Shown here piece after piece: positions 38,630 to 51,610 of a DNA stretch of 64,000 nucleotides (positions within the stretch are counted from its first letter, which is position 1; the number at the start of each line of letters is the position of its first letter). The translations under genes were made by a program, and so were the position numbers. The notes under the pieces are model-generated. The model saw nothing but the letters and a program-made list of their open reading frames with translations. It did no database searches and was not told the DNA's origin. The stretch lies in contig JAHRHZ010000087.1 of NCBI GenBank assembly GCA_024137785.1, positions 17,426,258 to 17,490,257 of the forward strand, in the 5' to 3' direction. This DNA comes from Ginglymostoma cirratum. Taxonomy: Eukaryota.

Positions 38630-38960
38630 AAAAACAGAAAGTAAAGCCTAGCAGGTCTGACAGCATCTGTGAAAAGAAATCAGAGTTAACCTTTCGGGCC
38701 CAGTGACCCTTCCTCAGAACTGATAGTAGCTAGGAATTATTCTACGTATAAACCAACATTTTCCTATCAGTTCTGTGGAAGGGTCATTGGACCCAAAATG
38801 TTAACTCTGATTTCTCTTCACAATCTGCCAATCCTGCTGAGCTTTTCCAGCAACTCTTGTTTTTGTTTCTGTTTTACAGCATCTGCAGTTCTTTAGGTTT
38901 TTAAATACAGAAAGTGCTGGGGAAACTCAGCAGTCTGTAAGCATCATAGAGAGAGAAACA
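38630..38960. mobile_element. Penelope-like fold-back pair plus a partial third copy
   Basis: Left arm ends 38726, right arm starts 38764; - arm reads agttctgaggaagggtcactgggcccgaaaggttaact. Confidence 0.8.
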
Positions 38961-39949
38961 GGGTAAGCAGGCTGAATCTTATATTTTTTCAGTTAAGTAG
39001 TCTAAATACCCTTTCTAAATCAGCACTGCTCCATCCTCAGTGCACATTGGAGACCTATGTCGCGTCATTGTCCAATATCACATGTAAGCAAGTAATTGAA
39101 TAATTCTAAACATTAACTTTTTTTTGCCAGCTACCAAGAAGGAACACAAATAAAACCATAGAGTCTGAAATTTTCCCCAACAATTTAAACTAAATGAACT
39201 ATTCAGCAGCCCACAATAGTCTGCTGCACCCAGCTCTCATCTACTGAATGTGGAAGTCAATGTGGTCTTGTTGGGCTTGTAGCACCCAATGAAGCTAAGT
39301 TCTGTCATGCACAAGGAGAGCTCCCTCCTGCCCAACATACTCTTCCTCTTTTCAGAAGACTGCTCCCACTCCCCAGTTCCTTAACATCTAGAACATTGCC
39401 TCATTGCTTGTTCCAATTCTACAGAGCACAGCATGCCAGAATGATGTGGCACATTCAGACTATATCGAAATTGCACCCCAGCCCCCAACACTGCCCTCCA
39501 TCACTATATTTCATATCATGAAGCCTAAACTAATGCCTCTCATCTTGTACATTCATCCAGCTTTTTATATGTTCCAGTGACCTCCACTGTTCTACTTACC
39601 ATGGTCATACTTCTCCATTCACAATCCTCTTCCAGTAAATATTCAACTTTAGTACTTAATTTTGACAACTGTCATTCTGGACCAATGGGCTTATACTGGC
39701 TACCAGAACTAATGTGGCCATTACCAGCCAAACTGGTAATTGCAGCAGTTTGATGCTATGGCTGTACAAAATTTGGGAACAAAGGGTTCCTGGCTTCTCA
39801 TTATTTTCTATAACTTCTTCAGAATCTGCAAATTTGTGATCCACGCCAAACAATCTTGAAGAAAATACCCACGCAGTTTGGTTCCCATGTTATACAATTA
39901 TTATACTTCCGTCTTTACTGATTACATTACCTGAGTTATGCTAAATTTA

Positions 39950-40805
39950 AAAAGGTCGTATGGAGGGATATACTTCAATTGAAAGCAGTTCAGAGAAGAT
40001 CTGTTTCTGGGATGAAAAGTTGTCTTCTGATGCAAGGTTGAGTGGCTTGGGACTATTACTCATTGGGATTGAGAAGAATGAAAGAATGAATCCTAAGATT
40101 TTGAGGAAGCTTGACATGATCAATGTTAAGAGGCCTGTTTCTCCTCATTGGACAATTGAGAACAGGGGGCACAGATTAATATAAAGGGTCTCTCATTTGG
40201 GAAGAAGAGGAAGAATTCCCTCTCTCAGAGGATTGATAGTCTTTAGAATCCTCTTCCAAAAGAAAATGTGGAGGATGGGTCAGTGAATCTATTCAAGGCT
40301 GAGTTAGATGAATTTTTGGTTTGATAATGGAGATCAACTACTGCGAGCCGTGTAGGAAAATGGAGTTATAGTCAGCATTAGATCTGGCACAGGTGGGACT
40401 TGAACTCGGCCTCTCCGAGGGGTAGGGACATTACCTCTGTGGCACAGAGAGGCCATACTGTAGAATTTATGCAATGAGTGGTAATGAGAAGAATCTCTTT
40501 AGAATGGCTGAAGGGTTATTAATCAGAGGACAGAGGTTTAAGGTGATTATCAAAGGAACATGAGGAAACATTTCTTACACAGTCAGCTATCGTGATTTGC
40601 ATTACACTGTATAAAAAGGTGGGGGAATCAGATTCCATAGTTATGTTCAAAAAAAGAATTAAATAAATACTCGAGGAGGGGAAAAAAGGGGCTATGAAGA
40701 AAGAGCAACAAAGTGGGATTAATTGAATAGATCAGAAAAATAAAACTACACTTGCACAATGGGCCAAATAGACTCTTTCTACGTGGTATAAGTCCTGGAT
40801 TCTTT
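39950..40805 (+). mobile_element. Two tandem old CR1-like fragments separated by a short SINE piece
   Basis: ORF 39960 LSSDARLSGLGLLLIGIEK; cagaggtttaaggtgatt; tail aatgggccaaatagactc. Confidence 0.65.
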
Positions 40806-41164
40806 GAAGGGAAAGTAAATTCTGCCCAGCAGTAAAGATAAATACCTCACTGTCTCCGAGTGATAGCCACACATTTTTTTATGAAGGCATACAACAATCA
40901 TTGATTCTTCACAGTGATAGCCCTGTATAATACCATTTTGTCATTGATTTGCTGTTTCTGCGGTTGACCTTCTTGTCTCTAACATTTCCCTGAAAATATA
41001 ATCAAGGTCTGAACATCAATTTGCAAAATCTAAAAACCCAACTCCTGAAACAGGTAAGTATTGTTGCTACCCAAGAGAAGATCCTGATAAAAAATTTTGG
41101 CCTTAGCTGTCCTGTTCATGTCAATTTAGTCAAGTCAGTTACTTGGCCAGGGCATAACGTTCAA

Positions 41165-41404
41165 TAAAACCAAAAACTGTGGATGCTGGAACTCAGAAAC
41201 AAAAAAACAAAAATTGCTAGAAAAAACTCAGCAGACCTGGCAGCATCTGAGGAGTGAAAGCAAAGTTAATGTTTCGGGTCCAGTGACCCTTCTTCAAAAC
41301 TCAGAACTTTGAAGAAGGGTCACGGGACCCAAACCATTAATTCTGCTTTCTCGACACAGTTGCTGCCAGACCTGCTGAGTTTTTCCAGCAATATTTGTGT
41401 TTGT
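41165..41404. mobile_element. Penelope-like fold-back pair
   Basis: gggtccagtgacccttcttcaaa / tttgaagaagggtcacgggaccc inverted about 41300; arms about 100 bp. Confidence 0.85.
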
Positions 41405-43395
41405 CGTTAACATAGTCATGTATCCATATCCTAGGACAATGAAAGCTGTGTAAGTGGACAAAAAGTCATTTCCAAATGTAATCTGGTACAGTAAAATCTT
41501 TAAGATTACTAGTTTCCTTTCTTCATAGATGTCCCATTCTGTCTACTATATGGAACCCCTTGACCTGCAAACCTAAACCTAAGCAATATGAAATCTTTTT
41601 AGAAACAAGCTGATTGCCAGAAATTCATACACACCTGAAAGCATGGTTCCTGTATATCAGAATTGTTTCAGTTACAATAAATTTTCAATCTTGTGTTGCT
41701 TGTTAATGTTATTATTGCTGGAGGAAAAGGAAGTACCTGCGGATTTTGTAGCACAATTTGTTTGCAGCTGTAAAAATGCAACCTGTCTTGTGTAAGCAGC
41801 AACACAGCCTTCTTCTGTTTTGGCACTCTTTTCAATAGGAATCCATTCAATGATGGACATCAGTTGTGGCCAGTTCTACTGTAACATGCACTATTTTTTG
41901 TCCCTTTATCACAGATAATTTCACCAACACAAGCATATATTTTGCAACCGGTACATACTTAATTATGTATTCTGACTATATTAGAATCACATAATTCCCT
42001 ATTAATTTATAGACACACGCATTTATACTTTACTTGTCAAACAAGTTGCTTCCTTAGCAAACAAAACATTCGTTTGTCTACAGATGCAAGGATCAACAGA
42101 TAGAAGAAATTAGAAGATACCTAGCAACATTGACAATATGTTGATCAACATGAACTTAAAATTCACAGACAAATAAGATGTCATTGAAATGTTTCCAATT
42201 TCGTGTCCAATAAATGAGTTATTTGATCTCTAAGCCCCCTTGCCATCTTTTTAACCTTTCACATAATATCAGCAAAAAAATGTTCTGTCCATTTCCAATG
42301 CTGAATATTACAAAATATTAACATGTAAATTATTACAGAAATATTTTGTAAATGCACCCTTTGTGCTGTTTCTTGGTTTCATGCAAAATGAATTTTCACA
42401 GGCCTCAAAAGTAACATAATAAATAAGATATATCAACTCAGAAAATGAAAGAATGTTACCTTGATGTGCAAACTATATCATTTACCATAAGCAAATGAGA
42501 AGGTGATATCATTAACAAATTTCCGTTGTTCCTAGATGGAAACAAACAACTCCATCCAAGGTTCCTGGAGGAAGACTTCAAAGTTTGTCTTCCATGTCCT
42601 GAGATTCATTCAATGTATCCACCCAGATTAACATCAGCAGATTGTCTGCTTACATACCTATGACCTTTGCACATTTAGAGATTTTTCTTCCTCTAATCTA
42701 GATATTTAGTAACATTTCTCAGTATACCGTGGACACTGGTAAATTTCTGCACTGCAATTTCAGTAAATGATGCATCATCTATTTTGTTGGCTTACAGTAA
42801 TGAACAAAACAATAACAGCTTTCTTTGCAAATTATACCAAATGTTAATCACATGCTCATGAAAATGGAGACTGGGGAAATAAAGATACTGTTGTCACAAT
42901 CTTCAGAAATTTAAAATTAGATTTTTCAGCTTGACTATGAGCAGTGTTGTTCTTGCATATGAAGTTTAACATTCAAGAATTCTGCTCTACATAGTTCCTT
43001 TCTACTTGATGATCGAAATTATACTATCCCGTTTCCTAGACGAACAAATATATTTTTAGAGTTAAAATTTTAACAGTCTATGTAAACCTTATCCTACTCT
43101 CTCTGATCTTATTTCTCTGATTAAAGTCAGATAATTGTAAAATGATCCAGAAATGTTCCCAGAAAACTTACTATAATACCAATCTGGTATATCTTCAGTG
43201 CTGTCTTTAATTATTGATACCAGCAGTAATTGTGGACTTCACTAACATTTATCAAGTGTGGTCTAAAGGTGGAATACCAAAGTATTAAAAATGCAAATTG
43301 ATATCTAATTTCACATAGCTTTCTATAAGTGTATTTTGAAGTGCAAGTTAAATATAGTGGAATTATGTTAAAGTGGTGGTGCAGTGTCTCAGTTA

Positions 43396-43752
43396 GGGGC
43401 AGCACTGTGGCTGAGTAGTTAGCACTGCTGCCTCACAGTGCCAGGGGCCCAGGTTTGATTCCAGCCTTAAGCGACTGCCTGTGTGAAGTTTGCAAATTCT
43501 CCCTGTGTCTGCATGGGTTACTTCTGGGCGTTCGGGTTTCCTCCCATAATCCAAAGATGCACGAGTTAGGTGGATTGACCATGCTAAATTGCCCATAGTG
43601 TCCAGGGTTGTGAAGGCTGGATGGATTAGCCATGGAAATGTAGGGCTACAGGGAAAGGTTGGGGGTTGGTCTAGGTGGGATGCTCTTCGGAAAGGTAGTC
43701 TGGAGTCAATGGGCTGAATGGCCTGCTTCCACACTGTAGGGATTCTATGATG
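43396..43752 (+). mobile_element. HE1-type V-SINE, full length
   Basis: ggggcagcactgtggctgagtagttagcactgctgcctcacag head, V-domain, tail gggctgaatggcctgcttccacactgtagggattctatga. Confidence 0.92.
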
Positions 43753-45159
43753 AGGACCAAGTCCTTATTGGTTAACCTCATTTAATAAAGTAAGTGGAGG
43801 GGTAAAGTGTTTTAAATATCAAGAGGGGAGAAATAAGTGGATTTTGTAATCTTGTTGAAGAGCATCCCAGGGTCCAAGGACATAATCCCTTCCTAGCCAT
43901 TAATGAAAGCTGCTCGCCATTCAGCTGCCTTCCTCAGCCAGACAAAATGTTGCAGCAGATTAAAGGTATTAAGTGGCAGTTAGTTGCTCATTTAAAGGCA
44001 TAAATAGGCAAAGGACAAGTGGGCTGCCTAACACCTTACCTGTCTCATGTTGTTGATGGGTGCAAGGGCAAGGGTTAAAGGAGGCAGGTCACCTCCTTTA
44101 CTCTATGTGGACCTGCCTTTAAATACAGTGTTGGTGTCCATAAAATTCACCTGCCTGTCAATCTGCTCAATCATTTGCTCTCTACTGCATTTCCATCAAC
44201 TGATGACTACTTATCTTTCAGTCTTACCCTTTAGGCTCCTTGACACTTTACACAATTTCCTCAGGTATTATCTAGCTTCCTTTCAAACTGACCCTTGAAC
44301 TTATTGCCCTCTCAAACAACAGCCCCCATTCCTTTCCTTTCAAAGTGCTTAAACATATTATGCTTCCAAATGCTTATATGCTCCCAAAACTCCATACTTA
44401 ACACTTCTTAAAAATGTTTTAATCAGCAACAACACATTGGTGTAGTGGAATAATAGCTTCTCATGACAGGTGGCCTTTGAGCATTTACACTCATAAAGAT
44501 TTGATCTGGCTATACTGAATGCCAATCAAGAAAATGTTGATTCGAAAGATAAGATACCGAAACTCATGTGATCACAGCTTTATGAAAAGGAAGACAAAGA
44601 AAATCTTATTCTCCTTTCTATCTGCTTTACTCTGTGATCAAGGGATAAATAAAGCATGCAAGAAGAAAAATGAAAGACATTCTGAAGTTTTTACTGGAGA
44701 TGAGGAAATGAAGCCTTCTCCATTACTTCAAGGACAGGAAATAATCTATCTACAGGAGTGGTATCACCTCAACACTTGTTGCCGCATTGAATCTCATGAG
44801 GTGCAGGCAAGGAAGCTGAGGGACTCCATGAGAAAGTGTCAATACAGAAAACAAAATATACTGCCAAACAGGACCAATAGGAAACTCTTCTGTAGTACTG
44901 TGATTTACACAGCTACTTGAAAGGATAACTCCCTTTTGAGCAAAGGAAGTAGAAATCCTTGTTTTCTCACTCCAAGTCTGAAAGTTAGGTAGCCAACAGT
45001 TGGTGGAAACGCAGAAGAGGGCAAATGATTGAGCAGATTGACAGGGAGGTGAACTTTATGGACCCCAACTCTGTGTTTAAAGGCAGGGCCACAGAGAGTA
45101 GGGGAGGTCACCTGTCTTTTTTAACCATTCTCTCTTTTACAGTAGCAGCAAATTTTCCC

Positions 45160-45710
45160 TTTTTTTATTCATTTGTGGGTTAGAGTTAGAATTAGGTTAG
45201 GGCTGTCGCTCTCAACCCAGTTCTGGAATTCAGCTCTTTTGTCCATGTTTGAACCAAGGGTGTAATGAACTTAGGAGCTAAGCGGCCCTGGCAGAACCCC
45301 AACTGGGTGTCACTGAGGAAGTTATTGCTGAGCAGTTGTTGCTTTATGGCACTATTATGACATCTTCCATCATTTTACTGATGATCAAGAGTAGACGGAT
45401 GGGGGAGGTGGTAATTAGATGTGGCAGATTTGTCCTTTTTGTGTACAAGATATACCTGGGCAATTTTTCACATGTTCGGTTAGATGTCAGCATTCTAGCT
45501 GCAATGGATCATCTTAGCTAAGGTGCAGCGAGTTCTGGGGCAACAGTTTTCAGTACTATTGCAGGAATGGAGGAAGGAGTCATTGCCTTTGCAAAGTTCA
45601 GTGCCTTCAACTATTTCTTGATATCACGTGCAATGAATCGAAATGGCTGAAGATTGGCATCTGTGATGCTGGGGACCTCTGGAAGAGGCCAAAATGGAAG
45701 ATGTCCGGCT
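45160..45710 (-). mobile_element. CR1/L2-group (Crack-like) LINE, internally deleted
   Basis: Tail ttttattcatttgtggg as at 15928; ctggaattcagctcttttgtccatgtttgaacc is the reverse complement of the 18320-18355 segment. Confidence 0.6.
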
Positions 45711-45734
45711 TGAACATGGAGCTCTGGATATTTC

Positions 45735-46930
45735 TGTAAACAAGAGGCTATTTTCCTTGTATAAATACCTTTGTCTTTAAGAGCTGAGTTCTTCCCCAGC
45801 ACAGGGTTTGATTTCTGGACAGGGAAAGGATCCAAAAGGGGAAATATGAAAACTGGTATTTGTACCACACCATGAATTAACAGTAAAATTATTTTATATC
45901 TCTGAAAACCTTTGCTGCCTCATTTAACATATGAATATCAAACTCAAACATGGTAGAAGAGAATTAACCTTAACCTCTTTGGGTGGGAAAATTAAGAAGA
46001 CAGACGGTAATGCCTGTTTCTGACAGAAGCAAAGCTCCCGTTGGCTTTTTAAAGTGAAATGTCTGAGTCATACTGCAGGGTTGCAAATTATAATTATCCA
46101 TTCGTATTTTCAGAATGAGAACAAACAAGCAGTTCAAGCATGAGGTGGAAATGTGGGCCCAAGTCACTTCTGGAACCAAGAAGCAGCAAAGAACGGTTTT
46201 TGCTTCATAAGAAGGGGTACAATTAGGAATAACATATTTTTGAAACTGGACGTAAAAGACCTTCATACCAAGGATGGGTTTGGAGATTCTAATACAATTT
46301 ATGAACAAAGTTTTCAAATGGATGGCTTGTTGGGAAGCATGATCAATATTTGATAAATTTAAGAAAATGGACAATGAGCCCATGGAAGAATATGTCATGG
46401 CTTTTGAGAGGTGATATGAGAAATTAAAGAAAATCAATCTAGAAATTTTAAAGTCTGTTGTTAGTGTTTAAACTGTTAGACTGTGTATGAATCTCACGCT
46501 TCAATAAACTTTACATTTTGACAGGTATTCATTTCATGGTAATTAATGTTTTTTTGAACAAATGGCTGCTGCTCCAAAACATTTTAATGGAGACAAGTGC
46601 TTCTTGTTACCTTCTCAGGACATGTTGGGAGTTCTGCGGTGATAGATAAAATGGAAGATTATAATTACTGACTCGCAAAATCGAAGAGAGCCTAGTGGCA
46701 GGTACCTATATAGGGATGGATTGCTAAAAAATGTTTTGAAGTGGATCATACAATTAATATATTTCACAAAGGAAAATGCGGATTTGGGGTGATAGTCAAC
46801 CATAAATGAATCCCAGAAAGCCCTTGGGAATAATTAATAGGTGTTTCCTGTCAGATTCTAAATACCACTATGCCAGGAATTGTCCAAGCACAAGGAGTCA
46901 AATATTTGAAGTAACTCATGAGGCAAATGG
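45735..46930 (+). mobile_element. GalEa-like Ty1/copia 5' half (LTR, PBS, gag), degenerate
   Basis: ...aaaca|tggtagaagag PBS (45951); gag-like KHEVEMWAQVTS, FDKFKKMDNEPMEEYVMAFER, FKLLDC; knuckle RCFLSDSKYHYARNCP (about 46839-46886). Confidence 0.7.
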
Positions 46931-46944
46931 TTCTGAAGGGTTAC

Positions 46945-47050
46945 TGGGGTGAAGAGTCCCTACTTCTGAGCTATAAAAGTATTTGAGTTCAAGTCCCACT
47001 TATTCCAGAGGTATGTCATAACACGTCTGAACAGGTTAATTAAAGTGAAA
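46945..47050 (+). mobile_element. Short tRNA-derived SINE
   Basis: gtccctacttctgagc..gagttcaagtcccac..ccagaggtatgtcataacacgtctgaacagg. Confidence 0.65.
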
Positions 47051-47154
47051 AAAAAAAGCTGAGTGCTAAGCCTGTAAAGAGAGATGGGGCCTGAAGTGCA
47101 TTAATTCCCACTCCATTTCATTCCCTCTCTCTCTGGGGTCAACTCAGCCTGTAT

Positions 47155-47535
47155 TCACAGGAATTTAGAAGAAACAGAGGGGATCTCATTGAAATTTATG
47201 AAATTTTGACAAGGTTGGTCAAACTGGATATAGGAATAATGTTTCTTTTCCTGGCTGGGGCTTCTAGAACAGTCGTAGTCACAGGATACTGGATAACATT
47301 TAGGACCGAGACGGTGAGAAATTTCTGAACTCAGAGAATCGCAAACGCAAGGAATTCCCAACCATATTAAGTGGAAGAGGCCAACTGACTGAATATGTTT
47401 AAGATTTATTTCTACACAATACATGTGTCAAAGTGTCAGAGGAAAAAGCATGAATATGTAACTGAGATAGATATCAGCCATAATCATATTGAATGATGGA
47501 GTAAGCTCACTGGGTTGCTCCTATTTTCTATGTTT
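47155..47535 (+). mobile_element. CR1-like 3' fragment
   Basis: gaatttagaagaaacagagggg..ctcattgaa (EFRR.RGDLIE); tail gctcctattttctatg. Confidence 0.7.
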
Positions 47536-47939
47536 TTACTGGTTCTCATTTCAGACTCTGTTCATCATTCACCACCCAACGGTAGCTCTGTGACTCTGGT
47601 TACCATTGCAACATCAAGATGAGGCGCGCACACAGCCGAGTGAGCATAAACTGTTATTAAAGAACATAACTATATAGAGAAGATGGTAAAAGTGGATTCT
47701 TGGAGTCCTGCAGAGTCAGGTTCCTGCTCAGAGTCATCGGACTTCACAATAACACTGCTCCTTTCGCACATGCTCAGTAACCATACTCAGGTTGAAGGTA
47801 TAATTTCCTTTACTCTATACTGGTTGCTGTCTTCCACTTTCTCCCAACCTCTCTTTGAACTTGAAGCACATCACAGAGACGTTAGAAGAGTGACATGCCA
47901 TCCAAGAGTGCTATTTAAATGCCATCTGCACTCAACCTC

Positions 47940-48490
47940 ACCCAATGTCCATAAGTCCCTCACCAACTTCTACAGATGTACCATTGAAAGAATACTGTCT
48001 GGGAGCATAACGGCCTGGTATGGCCACTGCTTTGCCTAGGACCATAAGAAACTACAGAAGGTGATATGCACAGCCCAGACCATCACGGAAGCCAACTTTC
48101 CATACATGGACTCCACTTACATGGCTCACTGCCACAGAAAGGTTGTCAATATCATCAAAGACCCATTGCACCCCAGTAATGATCTCCTACAACCTCTTCC
48201 ATCAGGCAGAAGATGCAGAAGCCACAACACATGCACCAGCAGGTTCAGGAACAGCTTCTTTCTGGCCATTATTAGACTGATGAATGGACTCTTTAACCTC
48301 AAATAATGTTGATCTTGCTAACTTTGATCTTGCCTAGTGCACATCCTGTACAATGTAACCCATATGCCTCTAAGCCTTTTTACAACTATTCATCTGTACA
48401 TCCTGGCTTACTATGATCTGCCTGTACTGCTCATAAACAAAGCTTTTCTCTGTACTCTGTTACATGTGAAAATGAATGAATCAATCAGTT
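47940..48490 (+). mobile_element. Rex1/Babar LINE 3' end
   Basis: LTNFYRCTIERILSGSITAWYG, KDPLHP..LLQPLPSGRR.RS...TSRFRNSFF..IRLMN; aatg/aatc repeat tail. Confidence 0.88.
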
Positions 48491-48954
48491 TCCAAAGCAG
48501 TCAGAGGGATGGAATGGGAAGCACACAGCCAGATCATTCCCATCACTGCCTTTTCAGTGTGCTCAATTAAGTTTTGGACAGCCAATTAACTGTTGGATAG
48601 CACGAATGCTGGCCAATTTACATTTTAAAATGGGGTTGTGCACCCAGTCAGGCATCCAGGATGGAATGTCTGGCAGGAGAAAGATTAGGCCCAGAACCAG
48701 ATGTCAGATCCCCCACTAGTTTACAGGCTCCTTCTCTCAGTTTTATATAAGCTATAAAAGCTGAACTAATCAAGTCTACTGACAGCAATACTGCCATCTT
48801 CGGTGTCAGACTCTATTGCTACTTGCAGCCATTGTCCCATTTGCAAGCCTTTCATCTGCCCTCTCCAGCTCCTCACACATCGCATAACTCACTCTCAACA
48901 TTTTCCCATATGACAAATGGAAAATGGAAAGGGCAATGACTGGCTTTGTAACAA

Positions 48955-49420
48955 CTGAATTAAGTTTATTATCATATATACTCAAATGAGTACAGTGAAG
49001 ACTTTACAAGTCGCCACTTACAATGCATCTTAGGTACGAGATATCTAGGTACAGATTCTTCAGTCCAAGAAAAAAAATTAGAAAAATAAAAAAAAGTCCA
49101 GCATTACAGATCATGAGTAAATTAGAAAAAGAGAAATAAAATGTTCAGAATAACAGTCTTTCTAACCCAGTCCATGCTGGCACCTACCCTCCAGTCCACA
49201 CTGGGCCTTGAATTACCTCGAGGCTGGAAGTCTATGCTGAGACCACGTCAAACTGTGAAATAGCCACAGGTTGCTAAGAACTGCCATGTCAAGCAACGTC
49301 ATAACAAATGTACAGCAACTGCTAAAGGAAGGGTAAAATACTTCTCTTCAGGATTAAATGGCTTATTGCAGGGAACAGAGAGACTGCCGCAATGGGCCAA
49401 GAGATCACTAGGTCTTTCTT
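48955..49420 (-). mobile_element. Non-autonomous element with a Rex1-like tail
   Basis: Reverse complement of 48955-49010 (aaagtcttcactgtactcatttgagtatatatgataataaac) resembles the Rex1 tail at 48438-48488. Confidence 0.55.
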
Positions 49421-49439
49421 AGTCTTTCTTTTCTCCTTT

Positions 49440-50055
49440 CTAAAATATCCTGCAATTGCTTCTCTTCTAGTCTGTCACTACTACAAATGGAATCTTCCAT
49501 GGATCTACCCTTCATGCTTTCCTTCTCCTCATCAGCATGCTAGGTTCTACATACATGTTATTGATACCCAGCTCTAACTCATTATGATTTTTTCCAACTA
49601 TTTTTAACTCCATGTTATCAGCTTGTCCAACAGTTACTCCTTAATAAGCTAAAATTTCATCCAATTCTGCATTGAGAAGCCTTAGGCCCCATCATAAGCC
49701 CAATGCCTTCATCACTGATTCCATTGCTAAACCTGGCCACTGTCTTAGAATGGATCATCCAATTGGATCCCCAGTTGAATTTTTGACCCCCAAACCCTCT
49801 TCATTAATGAACCAATACTCTTGAACATAACCTTCTGTCTTCCACCCTGAGCTTATCCTAAACTCTTCTGCTCATACTCATCCCATTTCCCAATTTTTAC
49901 CGACAAGTGTCTAGGCTATGAGCTTTGAAACTCTCTGCCTAAAACTCATCAGTTTCTTCCTGATGCCAATGTTTGTCGAACAATCTCCCGTGAAACCATT
50001 TGGAACTCCTTAAGGAGAAGAAAGAATAGTGTATGAATACGAAATGGTATTGCTG
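49440..50055 (+). mobile_element. Old L2-like fragment
   Basis: Pyrimidine-rich body ending tctcccgtgaaaccatttgg...tatgaatacgaaatgg, resembling an L2 3' end. Confidence 0.5.
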
Positions 50056-50814
50056 AACTCCTAGATTTATACGTAACAGATTTATAGGTAGACTTTAATA
50101 TTTTAATATATCAGATATCACAACAACTCTCAATATCTTATGGCATGTTTTGTGGGATGATATTAGGAGCAACAAGATGTTTTAATTAGCAGTACCATAC
50201 CCAGTGTAGTAATGCAGACCCCATCCTCTCCACTGGTCCTGCACTGGAAAATGAATCATATCATTGTAGTTGTAGGTTAGGATTAAGTGGTGGTAGAATT
50301 CTTTCCAAAATGAGCATTATGGAAAAATGCTTAGAATGTGTTACAGCCACATTTTTGTCACGGCGCAAACAAAATACAAATCTGTGTATGATCTTTATTC
50401 AAAACTGTTGGTTCAGTTGTTGATGAGTATATGCCAATAAGGCAGATGTTACGTTTGTACATCAATGGCATAAATTCTTCTAAGTTTAATATTCATATTG
50501 ATATATTTTAATTGTAATGTTTTCCAGTGTTGAGTATTTGACAGATAAATCTGGCAATAATTCCATTGTCATAACATAGCCGTGTCAAAGAATTTAGAGA
50601 CATAGGTTGGACAATTTGAATCCTGTACAGCGAGTTTGGATTGATTGATCACTTTGCTTTGGTGGGGGAAGAAAGAAAAATCCAGATCCATGGTGGTAAG
50701 GGTAGGTTGTTCACTTTAGTCTGTTCACTTTATTTCATTTTCAATCATTATCTTGTTAATTTTGGCCAATATAATGAAGAGAAACACTGCACAGTCCAGT
50801 TTCTTGCTGACTTC

Positions 50815-51610
50815 ATCACAGTAGAAAATACAAGTGAAAAGTGTGGGGTGATACACTTTGGAAGGAGTAATTGGACAATGAATGCATTACACTAAGAAGT
50901 TCTGTAGGACAAAGGGACCCAGGAGTGTTTGTCCATAGACTTCTGAAGGTGGAAGTGTATGTTAGTAGGGTGGTGAAAAAGGCATATGAACACTTGCCTT
51001 TGTCAATCAAGGCATAGATTAAAAAAGGAGGGAAGTCATGTGGCGTTGTATAGAACTTTGGTGAGTGCTGTGTGCAGTTCTGGGTTGCCACATTACAGGA
51101 ATGATGTGATTACACTGGAGAGAGTGCAGAGGGGATTCACCAGGATGTGGCCTGGAATGGAAGATTCAAGTTATGAGGTTAGGTTGGATAGGCTTGGGTT
51201 GTTTTAGGTGGAGCAGAGAAGCCTGAGGGACAATCTGATTGAGGTGTACTAGATTATAAAGGGCACAGACAGAGTGGATAAGGAGCTGCTGTTGCCCTTA
51301 GTCGAAGTGTCAGTTACAAGGAGACACAGGTTCGAGGTGAAGGACAAGAGATTTAAGGGGGATATGAGGAAAAACTTTTCTCACTTGGATGATGGTGACG
51401 GTCTGGAATGCTTGGCCTGGGAAGGCGGTCGAGGCAAATTGCCTCATATCCTTTAAAAAGTACCTGGGTGTGCACTTGGCACATCATTCAAAGCTATGGG
51501 CTAAGTGCTGGTAAAGGAATTAAGTTGAAGGTCAGGTGCTTCTCATGTTTTAGGGCAGACTCAATGGGCCAAAGGGCCTCTTCTGCACTGTATGGTTCTC
51601 TGATTCTATG
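50815..51610 (+). mobile_element. CR1-like LINE 3' region
   Basis: EKCGVIHFGRSN; LYRTLV; ITLERVQRGFTRMWPGMEDSSYEVRLDRLGLF; CR1 tail. Confidence 0.9.

Noticed and set aside
39600-39853. Minus-strand donor with a nearby short ORF
   Set aside because: No good acceptor, and stops in all frames upstream of the donor
40997-42663. Plus-strand exon candidates (donor at 41054; acceptors near 42083 and 42535)
   Set aside because: Weak or unpaired splice sites and unrecognised peptides; expected by chance in AT-rich DNA
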